A stretch of 64,000 nucleotides of DNA. Source: Phoronis australis (Eukaryota > Animalia > Phoronida). The notes under the pieces were generated by a model. The model was not told where the DNA came from. It did no database searches and saw only the letters and a list, made by a program, of their open reading frames with translations. Numbering within the stretch: position 1 is the stretch's first letter; every line of letters starts with the position of its first letter. Made by a program: the position numbers and the translations under genes. Location of the stretch: assembly GCA_002633005.1 (NCBI GenBank), contig NMRA01000059.1, positions 619,133 to 683,132 of the forward strand. The letters are read 5' to 3'. Positions 51,872-63,470 of this stretch are shown in pieces.

Positions 51872-53482
51872 TGTCTGTATCTGGAAATAAAATATATTTA
51901 ACTTCGCTATATGTATTTGATTATAAAATAAACATTATCTAAACATTTATGGCCAATGTTGAAATGTTGGGGCTCATACCTTGTGCATTCAATTACACAT
52001 TCAATGTCATCAATTGCTTTACTTAATACAGGTTTACCGGTCTTCCTCTCTCACGATCCGCATATGCTCAGTTGTTTCCCCGCAACCTGTACTTCAGTTC
52101 CACGACAAACTCAGTTCTCATTGAGCACATTTTCCTTTCTTTTTTTACCGAACTTCGTCTATGATTTCGGATTGACTTTCTCCATGGTTGGAGGGCGCTT
52201 AATAAGTGAAAAGAAACAAGATCGACAGAAATTAAAATTAGGAAAGATGTAGATTTGTACAAATAGTCTCAAAAATATTACAGTTGTTTTCTAAAACGAT
52301 TCACCATAGCGAAATGTGTTTAAAAACATCCACATGTAAATGTCGGGAGATTGGCATTGGGTTTTATTTGGCGTATAAAATTTTGCTTGAAATGGTGAAG
52401 AGGATGCCTAGTACCAATGGTGACATTACGAGACTGAAACGAGACACATCCCAAGCGTCAATTGTAAAATCTGAGGTATTATGGACAAATACATTTGTAA
52501 ATGAATATTTGTCCTTATCAAGGTGTCGGTGTATTTTAACAAATACCTAAAAACTGCAGATTATAACTCAGTAATATTACATATTTAGTGAAAGTAAAAT
52601 GTTTGTAGAATTTGAGTTTTGATTTCATGCCAATCTGCTATTAATTGGATCACGTGACCTCGCACGTATGTTTTGTGAAAAATGTACATCCATAGCAAAA
52701 CAATGGTATCAAAAACATGATCAAATTTTGCTTACAACAAATGTACAAAAGCGCTGTTCCAGTTTTCTTAATAATCACCTCATTCTCGTTTTATTTCACT
52801 CAGGACATTTTTTATAGAAATAATTACTCGTATTTTTGACAGCCTACATGCAAAAATGAAAAGAATTCCTGACAGTTTTTTGAGAATTCATCCAAACAAA
52901 CATTTCTGGGATATGATGCTCCAAATTTGGCCATTTTTTGAGGGTCCTACATAACCCTCATGGCATGAACAGGGGCCATCTGAGAGCTACGTGTGTTGTA
53001 TAAGGTTTGATATGTATTGCGAAACGGAAGGAGAGGAGTTTTATAGGAAGACTATGTATGAATAGTGTCATAATGCCGTGCAGGAGAAAATATTTGTATA
53101 CATGGACAAGGAGTTGCTTTTATGATCTGCTCAACTGAATTATTAAGAACCGAAATGTGGTTGATTAGAACAGAAATACAACACCAAAGGAAAGATTTGC
53201 CTTATGAGAAAAGTATGCGTATTCAAAGTGCCGAATTTATTGAGCTGGAAAAATCCAGCTGCTGGAAGAAAACTCATACATGTACTACGAACATAACTCA
53301 GATGCGGAAAAATCCGAAGTTGAAAGAAATTCATTTTCTTTTTGCTAATAAAAGTAAGCGGGAAGTGTTTCAAGAAAAATTCCAACAAAAATTTTGCAAA
53401 ATGTTCATGCTTAAAAAATCAATTCAAAGACGTTTTTAACATCATTGTACTGTATTAACCAGTGAACATTGCGGAGGACAAA

Positions 53483-55136
53483 ATGAGCGGTAAAAAGAAT
53501 AAGTCGTTGAAATCATTAAAATCGCTGAAAATCATATTCTAAATCTTGTCTTCTAACAACACGGATTTCTGCACCAGGGGTAAACCATTTTGCAGGTTAG
53601 GTAGAAGGCTATCGGCGGAGGAAAATTGGGACCTGTGCTTTAATCAACAAACTGCACCTTTATTAGTTTGACTTAACAACGTTTTAGTAGCTTTGATCCA
53701 CGATACTTTTGGGTTTCTTAACGACAGTAAGGCACAACGTTTACTAAAATTACACCGAAAATACCATTCCTCATATCGTCATTTCTGGAAACAACCACAG
53801 TGATTTTTTAAAATTTACAGTACATGCATGCCCCAAGATTTGCAAAATTCGACCAAACACTTTAGCATGCGTGCGTACAGCAAGGAGCTAACGTTTGGCT
53901 GTTATTGATTGAGATATATGCTATTAATGTTACTTCTCGATGCCTGTTGATTCAAGAATTCATTTAAACCCAAGACAAATAGTAATGGACTTATCATGAA
54001 ACCCTGACGAGAGCAAACAGTACCACCACAAACTCTATAGGTACATGTTGAAATATTAATTTTAGTAATAATCCTTGAGCAACACTCTTTTAGTAATACC
54101 CCTTTAGTACTATGCACCCGGGGGGTGCTCTAGGGTTGGAACAAACCCAGCATTTGGCAAAGTAGGCAAATAGGTACGCCTCAGATAACCCAAACTCTGA
54201 AAAAGTAGACAACTAGACAAAAGTCCGCTAAAAAGACGGGAATCACAAAATTTCGGCGAATGCATAATTCATAGCTCTGAACGTACGCTATTAATCTTTA
54301 AGTAAAAGGTGCACATTCTCAAAAATTCGAGCCCCCCATATTTTTGGCTGGGTGAGCTCATGATATTCCTTTAGTAATATTACAAAAATTAACTAATCAG
54401 TTGACTCGCTTACAGTAAAAGTTTCAAATTTCTCAGTTTGCACTGACAAGGTACACGCACGTTGAAAAATGACAAACAAGTATTGAAAATTCCAGACATT
54501 TCGTGAAGTCAATCAAAAAATAATTCAGCAAAGATCAGTTTTACACCAAAATTGACTAATTAACGAGTGAAAGAAGAGACAAAAATTAAGCCCTGTTGTC
54601 AAAAACAAAAATGGTCGCTTGGCATTACTTTTGGTTCCCAATATTTCAGGATAATGTCACTGACTTTTTCATCTGAAATTATTGCACGTGTTTACATGTG
54701 GAGATAGCTTAGTAAGACAGTCTTGGCTTACGAAGTAAAAGTCCCGCAATGTGATTGGTTAAGTTGAGTTTTGAGTAAACTTTGTGGCCTCAGGACCTAA
54801 TTTCAAACGCCTAGTCGTAGGCACTTGATAGTTTCACATAAAGAATGCTCACACCCTCATACTTGAAACTTGTGAGTTGCAGATACTCCTGCCCGCCAGG
54901 TTATGCGAGGAGACTGGCCATGGGAAATGCACAGAAATCCGAATTGCGGATGGAGGAAGACGTTCGAGGGCACAAACAAGTGGGTTTTAACTTGCGTCTG
55001 TCAACCGTCAAACAGAAATGCGAGCGGTAAGGTAGACGAACATACAGGACCGGACTGCGGCTGGTTTCTGAAGCAATATGATGACCAATACTATTTCGTC
55101 CGTCGTTGCATCTGCAACCGCAGATTACTGTTCTAA
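53483..55136 (+). CDS. Family member 12; core exon 54883-55136, first exon starting 53483 (end ambiguous)
   Basis: Core after gttgcag: DTPARQVMRGDWPWEMH-RNPN-CGW...WVLTCVC...DEH-TGPD-CGWF...YYFVRRCICNRRLLF*. Family-type start gacaaaATGAGC with a phase-1 donor either at 53489|gtaaaa or, after a 1-nt correction, at 53595|gttagg. Confidence 0.8.
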
Positions 55137-55550
55137 AGATTCTAAGATGAAGCAGAGTTCTCACTTAGCAGCACACGAGACTGTACAACCACAAAGAGAC
55201 TTTTGGAAAAGACTGCAATGTTTTATCTTCTAATGTTTCAAACATTTCATTCAGTTTCGAACGCAGCACCAGCATGGGGCTTGAATCACAAGTTGATAAC
55301 GTATTGTTGAAATGAACTGCCAGATAAGTCAAGTTTACTCTAATCCTGGCTTCAGGCTGAAGAGTACGTTTCGCCACCTGATTTGTTTGGAAAAAATCCT
55401 TTCTGAGAAAAAATAGGAGTATGGACTAAGCGATTACGCGCTACTATTGAGTTAAAAGCCCTATAATGTACATCTATGAAGGAATTAACGTACAGAATGG
55501 AAAAATATCAATCATTTTTGGGGGTATTACTGATGCAATTATCGCCCCCG

Positions 55551-56270
55551 TCAGTGACCTGCAAATGAAAAATGAATTTTAATTGACCTTAGTACACGCA
55601 TGTTGAAAATGTAATAACCCTGGAAGGGCCTCTCAAGGAAAAGAAGCGTTGTAATCAATGTTGTCTGAAAAAGATGTTTAAATTTTCTTCCCATATCTCC
55701 AGGTCGTACTGTGTCCAAGTTGACAGTAGCTTGAACGACACAGGGTATTAATGTAACGAGATTGGATAATCTAACATCTTTGGCATAACATGAAGTTAAA
55801 CCTTCATTTTCATCCGAAGAACACATGTATAGTGTACAGTATAACAAACTAACTAGAGAGTATTATAGCTACTTCATCCACATTTTAATAAAACATAAAG
55901 CAATTCTTCTCTGTCAGTTTAGCAAGTAAAATTAGCTTAAACAATATTTATTATTATTTTTGTGCCATATCATTTTAATTTTAAACAAAATTTAAAACGT
56001 GTTCACATTGCAGGCCTTAATTGAACTATTTATGTATCCTTTCATCCTATCACAAGTCTCTGAAAAGGAAACACATTGGTTCGCTTGGAGGATATCTTCC
56101 CACTTTTCGATGTCGGAACGCCTTCATTTTTATGCAAAATACAGTTCGACATAATTTTTTTGTCAGATTGTTATTACAAACCGCCTTTGAGCTGCTTCAT
56201 TAATATATAATCGGTCGCAGAGAGGATACACTCATTTCAAAAAGTGATTACATAATTATGATCTATTATT
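55551..56270 (+). repeat. About 0.7-kb direct repeat (copy at 62694-63470)
   Basis: cagtgacctg..aaatgaaaaatgaatttt through ttacataattatgatct is shared with 62694-63470. Confidence 0.85.
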
Positions 56271-57416
56271 CAATACACAAATCTTTACTGACTTTCCATG
56301 GACATCAATGGAAATACAGGGAAAACAAAAAACATGCAGGCCACACAAATTCCAATAAACTGCGCTTCATGTGATAACGATGCAATGGGCCAACTCAACA
56401 AAAACTCACCTAATAAAGAAATAGATCAAACACGTTCCTTACCCTTCACAATTTTAATCATGATAAGGAACTGGTTCACCAAAGGATAAACTTAAGAGGT
56501 GACCTTAAAATCTCTTCTTGCCTCGCCCGCTGAATGGTTATTTTTGTTAGATAATGGGATATTCTAACTAACTAAAGTCTCGCTGAAAAGTCAACAAACA
56601 AAAACATTAAAAAAACAAGAACAAGTTGGATAAAACGTGGCCTTTGTTATTTCTATGGGAGTTGAAAATGTAGGCCATCATGCTAACAATATGATAATAT
56701 GCTCATTTTCGCCAAACGGGTTCAAAGGGTCAAGGCACATTATGATTTTTGCACGGTTGTGAACGACTACAAGCATTCACTATGAAAATACATAATCTAC
56801 TACTACTGCGTCATCTTCTAGTACTTGATGGTAATTTGGAAACTCGATTTTTATCACTCTCTGAAATGTACCTCATTCGGCGTGATCATCGATAATTCGA
56901 CTTAAAACTTTTATTGGTGACATGAGTTTGAAATGAAAGATTTGTGTCCTTAACTGCAAGAAAGGAGCGTCACGTGAGCTAAAATAAAGTTTTCTTTGAC
57001 AGCATCAACGCTCATCAATCGAAAATTGACTAAAATAGGAACATCTCGGACGCGGTGCTCCGAACGCATCTTGATTTAGTTAAAAAATACACTATTGAAC
57101 AATTTTATTTCACACAGCGTGTGACGTCAGTGTCACTTTGAGTGAATAAAAAGGTTGGAGCAATGGTAGTTTTATAACTCTCAACTTTATTTTTTAGCCA
57201 TGACCGTCGACGAAATAACATTTGGTTCCCACTCAAATGTCCAACATGCGCCTAGTATAGGTTCCAATAGTAGGCACAGCTACACAATTAAACACATGCG
57301 TTCAACTGTGCGGTTATAATTTCTAAGCGAACTAGCTACCGAAAGTGAACGCGAAAGCTCTGAACTGAGCGCTCGTGGCGCTCTCTCTAGATTGATTTGG
57401 CTTCACACGCCATCAT

Positions 57417-57577
57417 CAGTGGCGCATTTAGGGGAGGGGGGGGGACACGGGGTCCATGCCCCCCGTAAAGTCCTTCCAGATTCCATTTGGCAGTTCAGAA
57501 GTGCGAAAGTAAGACGGGCAAAATCCTGGCTAATACTCTGCCCTGCACCCCAACTCAAAATCCTGGATCCGCCCCTG
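57417..57577. mobile_element. Short MITE-like element
   Basis: Inverted termini cagtggcgcatttagg...cctggatccgcccctg. Confidence 0.5.
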
Positions 57578-58284
57578 ATCATAGATGTCAGAAAGCGTAA
57601 GACCTGTATACCAATTTACTTATATTGAACAGGCTTCAAATATAATTCAGGGCCATCTGCTAATACTGTTCACGTGCTTTGAAACCGACTAGAGAATGCT
57701 ACGTACAAGTCGCAGCATTTACTGATAACATTTACTGATTCAGTGGAAAAAGAGTTGTGTATCTGTATGTAAATGAACAAACAAATTAAAAACATGATCG
57801 CTTTTTCGGAAACCCCACCCATTGTTTAAAAGAATTAAAAATAATTGTTTAATAAAACAAACACAGGGCTTTAAGTCAAGAAATGTTTAAAATTTAGTGC
57901 TATCTTTGGACAAGCGAAACTCATTTTATGTTCTAAATTTGTGAATGAAAAAGATTAAAAGATATCATGAATTTATGACTTTCACGGCATCTAGCCTTCG
58001 TCAACTTCGTGTTCATGATCACATTACTCCTATGTCACTTCCGTTAGGCATAAGCAGTACCACGCATGATTGATGGGTAAAACCCGCTACATCGTCACGA
58101 TTGTATAACAAATGATGACCGAAGCATTTGGCACTGCGTCTACTAAAATAAAAAGCGGTAATTTTCCCCTGTAAACTTCCCAAAGACTGTTAACGCACGT
58201 AATATTTTTTTACAAAATTCCCGAAGAAAACCGTATACAGTCTAACGCAAACTATAACAAGTTTAACTGTTGTGACGAGACGAA

Positions 58285-60677
58285 ATGAAATCCATTCATC
58301 CTAGACATCAGCAAGGTAAAACACCCTTTTTACTGAAAACGTGATTTTTGTTGGTTAAAGAAGGCTTTGAAAATGCCATTGAAATAGTTGAAGATTTTCA
58401 GCGTTGACATCGTTTTGCTTGTCTGATTTGGAGGTCTACAACCTACCCAAGTAGCATTCTACGTCACTGAGGCAGTTGTTTGGATAGCAGTCACGTTTTA
58501 CTCGGTTTAAAACAAGGTCTTTCTCGAATAGTAGGAGTATATCTGAAGTGTCCATCACAATAAGCGTTTTTATCACTCCCGACACAGAATATTATCTCCA
58601 AACGAATAAATACTCACTGGGTTATATGGGTTCAAAACAAAACTTTACAAAACTAAAGTTATGTTTTTTTCACAAAGTCTTACCTTTAAATGGTATTTTT
58701 CTGAAGCAAAATATCCTAAATGCAAAAATTTATCGTGCTGCTTTTCTAAAGTGGTGTTTGCCATAATTTTGACACAGTTCAGTGGTGAAAACTGGTAATA
58801 TAGGGGACCTTTGCAAGTGACTAGTACTAATTTTCCGAAGATCGAACAGTTCACGTGCATGCATTTACTACCTTAAGGTAAATGTCACGGTATTTTAATG
58901 AGTATAGAACAGTAATTGACTGAAGACAACGAATAAGAAAAATATGGTAAACTATGAACTCCCCAATGTTTGGAACACGCCTAACGGATTACGTAAAGCC
59001 TAGTGAATCCATTACTGGGGACAAATAAAAGAACAAGAATAACATATATTTTAAGTTGTATTGCGAATTTCAGGGTCACAGCTTTAGAAAAAAAATATTT
59101 CACAGAAGGAACCATATGGGTTCCTTAATTATAAGAGATAACACACACATTTACGATACTCAACGTATAATTGAGTATCAGATACTAAATGGAACAGGTT
59201 AGCATAGTACCAAATGGTACATAACACCAAATGGGTATTGGTCGATTCCCTACCAAGTGGGTCGAGAAAAACGGCAAATCCAACAACAAGTACCAAGTGG
59301 GTACAAACTGCAAAATGGGCAAATAACATATAAAGTACCAAGTGGGTACACCAAACAGCCATCTGGCTTATAACAACCTTCAAAGCAGGTTCCGGAAAAA
59401 CTGAGTGAGCAGACCAGCCGGATGATAAAAAGAGATATTGTAAGGAACGTGGTGTTGTGGATCAGTATGTGTTGAGATCTGTGACAGGGGTGGAGAGAGG
59501 CAAGCTACAGGGATGGACGCTCGAGTACATGTCTGGACGCTAGCCAATGACGTCTTGTCTTGGTTGACGGAACACGGGCTCGAAGGAGGTAGCAGCAGTG
59601 ACTGTAATAACAACAATAACCAACAGCAGATTTTGTACGACAAAAGGTAGGGAGGGTGGGAGAGGTATCAAATTGTCTAATTGGGAAAACTTACGGGTAA
59701 ATGTACTGTTGCTTGAGGGCCAACAGAAAGCTGGAGAGAAAGAACAAACAGCGCTACCATCGGACTAGCTAGGTAGGAACTAACTAGGAGTTGGATAAGA
59801 AGCGTGAGGGGCTGTATAGTGGTATTTGCCCAAATAATAGGATTTATGTCAGAGTGCAATAAATCTCATCATTGGGGACAAATAAAACAACAATAATATT
59901 TATTTTAAGTTGTATTGGGAATTTCAGGGTCACAGCTCTACAAATAAATATTTTACAGTAGGAATCAGATGGGTTCCCTAATTCTAAGAGATAACATACA
60001 CATTTACGATACTTAACGTGTGATTGAGTATTGGGTACGGGCAAAATGGGTATTGGTCGATTGCCTACCAACTGGGTCGAGCAAAACGGCAAATTCAATA
60101 AGAAGGATTAAATGGGTACAAACTGCCAAATGGACAATATCATATAAAGTACCAAGTGGGTACATCAAACAGCCAACTGGGCTATAACAACCTGCAAAGC
60201 AGGTTCCGGACAAGCTGAGTAAGCAGACCAGCCGGAGTGATGAAAAGAGATATTGTAAGGAACGTGGTGTTGTGGCTCAGTATAGTGCCACGTGGGCAGG
60301 GTTGTTCATGGATGAACAATCTGAACTTGAACGCAGTTGCTTGTCTGAGAACACGTGTTCAAAATTACATACGTCTTAAACTCAAACGCAACTATAACCA
60401 TAACTTACCTTTTTCAGATGTTTGCTACCCCAGTCCTAGTTTAAGCCTACCAAAAACCGGTACATGGGAAATACACACAAGTAATTCGTGTAAATGGGTG
60501 AGGCAGCATGGTTCTAACACCTGGATTCAACAGTGTTGCTGCCATAGCAACTCAAACGGCTTCTTTGACCACCATGGAAGTCATGCTTGTATTTGGTTTG
60601 AACGGGATTATCTTGGAGAACATTATTTCATTCGTCGTTGTTTATGTGGAAGCGAGTTCTTTGGCTGGGAAACATAA
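58285..60677 (+). CDS. Family member 13; exons 58285-58315 and 60418-60677, 96 aa
   Basis: MKSIHPRHQQ G|gtaaaa...cctttttcag|AT gives DVCYPSPSLSLPKTGTWEIH-TSNS-CKW...WIQQCCC...DHH-GSHA-CIWF...YFIRRCLCGSEFFGWET*; aaaattcccgaagaaaaccgtata upstream. Confidence 0.88.
59012..60305 (+). mobile_element. Head-to-tail pair of Helentron/HINE-like elements in an intron (long 59012-59872, short 59870-60305)
   Basis: Two consecutive tggggacaaataaaa starts. The first ends with the sub-terminal inverted repeat and hairpin; the second ends gtgccacgtgggcagggttg like the 38482 copy. Confidence 0.7.
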
Positions 60678-60692
60678 CTGAAAGTCGGCCAT

Positions 60693-60841
60693 TCAGCACG
60701 TGGTAATATGGGGCTCTCAGCAAGAATCGTCAGCACGTGGTAATATGGGGCTCTCAGCAAGAATCGTCAGCACGTGGTAATATGGGGCTCTCAGCAAGAA
60801 TCGTCAGCACGTGGTAATATGGGGCTCTCAGCAAGAATCGT
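60693..60841. repeat. 37-bp perfect tandem repeat x4
   Basis: Unit tcagcacgtggtaatatggggctctcagcaagaatcg, starting 16 nt after the stop of member 13. Confidence 0.95.
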
Positions 60842-61885
60842 AATAGTGAACAACAGCGCTCTTCGCCTTAGAAAATTGTTATCAACAAACTTCATAACTA
60901 CAGTACATCTAGTTTATAGTTCGTATTTCACGTAATGGCTAATTTGCCTTCATATGTTTTTATTAATATATCGCGAAATCGTGAAATACATGTATGTGCG
61001 TTCAAGAGAATATATGTCCCTATGCTAAAAGTTCTGCTGTTCTACGGCAAAGCAACGCAGATCGTGATAAATCTTGGCATTCAGTGTTGACCTGGCAGAT
61101 GTTATTCTTGAATGTGCCGGACATCTGCAAATCACCGAAGATTAAGAAAATCCATACTCACTGGTGTACTCAGTCCCATAGAAAGATAAACATCATTGAC
61201 GGTCAGGGACACAAACGGCTAATTCGACTTCGCCAAACTTTTGCCCTCTCCCCGTTGGTACCAAATAGTAGATTCTACCTTGCACTACCACTTAACACCC
61301 TTGTTCGTCTGAAATTTTACAATCCTACGCCAAGGACATGTGGACATAGCTGCTTATGGGACAAATCCTAGATGGTAACCACCACGTAAATTTGGGTACT
61401 ATATAATTTTATGACCTTGGCATAATGGGCCGTCACATGGACGCAAAATAAAAACTGAAGGTACACACAGCGCGCCGCTTGAGTAAACAGCGAACAACTT
61501 TTTTTCAAATCCGTAATTTGTTTATAGAAATTTTAATTGATTCCTAAGACATGGGTCAAGTACTTGACGGGCAACCGAGAGAGCATGGTATACAAGGCAT
61601 CCATGATCCTGATTTTACACAATTTTTTTTCGGCTAACTCTGTCATTCTTCCCATTCCAAATGAAGCCAAATAAATCTCGCTCTAAATCTTGAATCCTGT
61701 CAATGGAGGGGCTAGGGAGGGATTGAAACAAATGAACAATCTTGGGCAATAATAGTGTCTTAAGCACGCTAATTTTACTTAAAACAGTAAGAATTCTTCT
61801 TGACGAAGAGTATGGATACTCAGTTAGCTGTCACCGCATGTAATGAGGTTTCCGCATAAACCCCGCCCACTTAAAAATAATAGTA

Positions 61886-61948
61886 AATATGGCTTACATA
61901 AACATGGCTTACATAAATATGGCTTACATAAATATGGCTTACATAAAC
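61886..61948. repeat. 15-bp tandem repeat x4
   Basis: Unit aaatatggcttacat. Confidence 0.9.
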
Positions 61949-62693
61949 AGGAGTGAAAGTTAAGAAATGTTTTCATCTTAGTGTTACCTTTCTATTCACG
62001 AACTCACTTTGTGTTCTAAAATGGCTAAAGCGAAGGAAACATTATCTTTAACAAGCATTCACGACCTTGCATGACAAGTCTCACATCTATGAATTAGAGT
62101 GCCAAGCACCAATTTAAAACGATAATATCCGTCAATCAGTGTCGCCTACCGTACTTTGGTTAGACACTAATCTACATGTAAATACACGCGATAAATATAT
62201 CACAGAAGATAAGAATATCAGCCAAATGTGATAAAGGCTGTCTGGCGCATTTTGATTGGATACTGAAATTGTACCTGATGCTTATGCCAAATTTAAAAAT
62301 TCCTGGTTAGTTCCCTGTAGTTCAAGAACTTCGTAATTTAAATGGTTTTTGAATGAAATATAAAATCGCAACTTCTCATACTCAAAGATACTCGTTGTGC
62401 TTCACAAACCAAATAAAACCAGTAAGCTACCGAGTCAGGCTCTTCCATAGCCATTGCTTAAACTAAAGACCCGATTTGCTATTGCCACGCCTCTCATGTC
62501 AGTCAACAATGCTGACATGTAACGTCACCTTCTCATTGCCCAGAATATATACTTGAACTTTTATCCGAGTTGTCTCGCGCTTAGATATACTTTCTAATGC
62601 AATAAGAGTTGGGGTCGCGTATCACTTAGCCACGCCCTTGTAACAAAAATGTAGCAAACGAGTCATATTAACCTGCCCGAACATCGCACCCGC

Positions 62694-63470
62694 CAGTGAC
62701 CTGAGAAATGAAAAATGAATTTTAATTGACCTTAGTACATGCATGTTGAAAATGTAATAACCCTGGAAGGGCCTCTCAAGGAAAAGAAGCGTTGTAATCA
62801 ATGTTGAAAAAGATGTTTAAACTTTCTTCCCATATCTGCAGGCCGTACTGTGACCAAGTTGACAGTAGCTTGATCGACACAGGGTATTAATGTAACGAGA
62901 TTAGACAATCTGACAACTGTGGCAAAACGTGATGCTAAACCTTCATTTTCGTTCGAATAACTCATCTATAGTGTACACTATAAAAGCTAACTAGAGAGTA
63001 TCGTATAACGACTTCATCCACAATCGCAATTCTCTGTCAGTATAGCAAGTGAGATTAGCAAAAAACAATATTTATTATTTTTAAACAATATTTATTATTA
63101 TTTTTAAACAATATTTATTATTATTTTTAAACAATATTTCTGATTATTTTAAACAATATTTATGATTATCTTTAAACAATATTTATTATCACTTTTGTGC
63201 CCTATCATTTTAATTTTAAATAAATTTAAACTTGCTCACACTGCAGGCCTTTTAATATTGATGAATTCCTTCATTCTATCATAAGTCTCAGAAAAATAGA
63301 ATGTCTTCCCACTCTTCGATGTCGGAACGCCTTCATTTTTATGCTAAATGCAGTATAATTTTGTTTTGTCAGATTGTTATTACAAACCGCCTTTGAGTTG
63401 CTTCATTAATATATAATCGGTCGCAGAGAGGAGACACTCATTTCAAACAACGATTACATAATTATGATCT
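62694..63470 (+). repeat. Copy of 55551-56270 with an internal AT-rich minisatellite (63063-63190)
   Basis: aaacaatatttattattattttt occurs once at about 55938 but about six times here. Confidence 0.85.

Larger units (their letters stand above)
45090..52719 (+). repeat. Segmental duplication copy B (copy A 27288-33585)
   Basis: Colinear near-identity with copy A. Confidence 0.9.

Noticed and set aside
60237-60417. N-terminal part of the 146-aa ORF as a single-exon gene start
   Set aside because: It begins inside the repeat element; the acceptor at 60416-60417 and the paralog structure show this part is intronic.
17117-60677. Assignment of the family to defensins, macins or metallothioneins
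   Set aside because: No signal peptide or CS-alpha-beta spacing, and the proteins are aromatic-rich with only about 6 conserved Cys, unlike metallothioneins.
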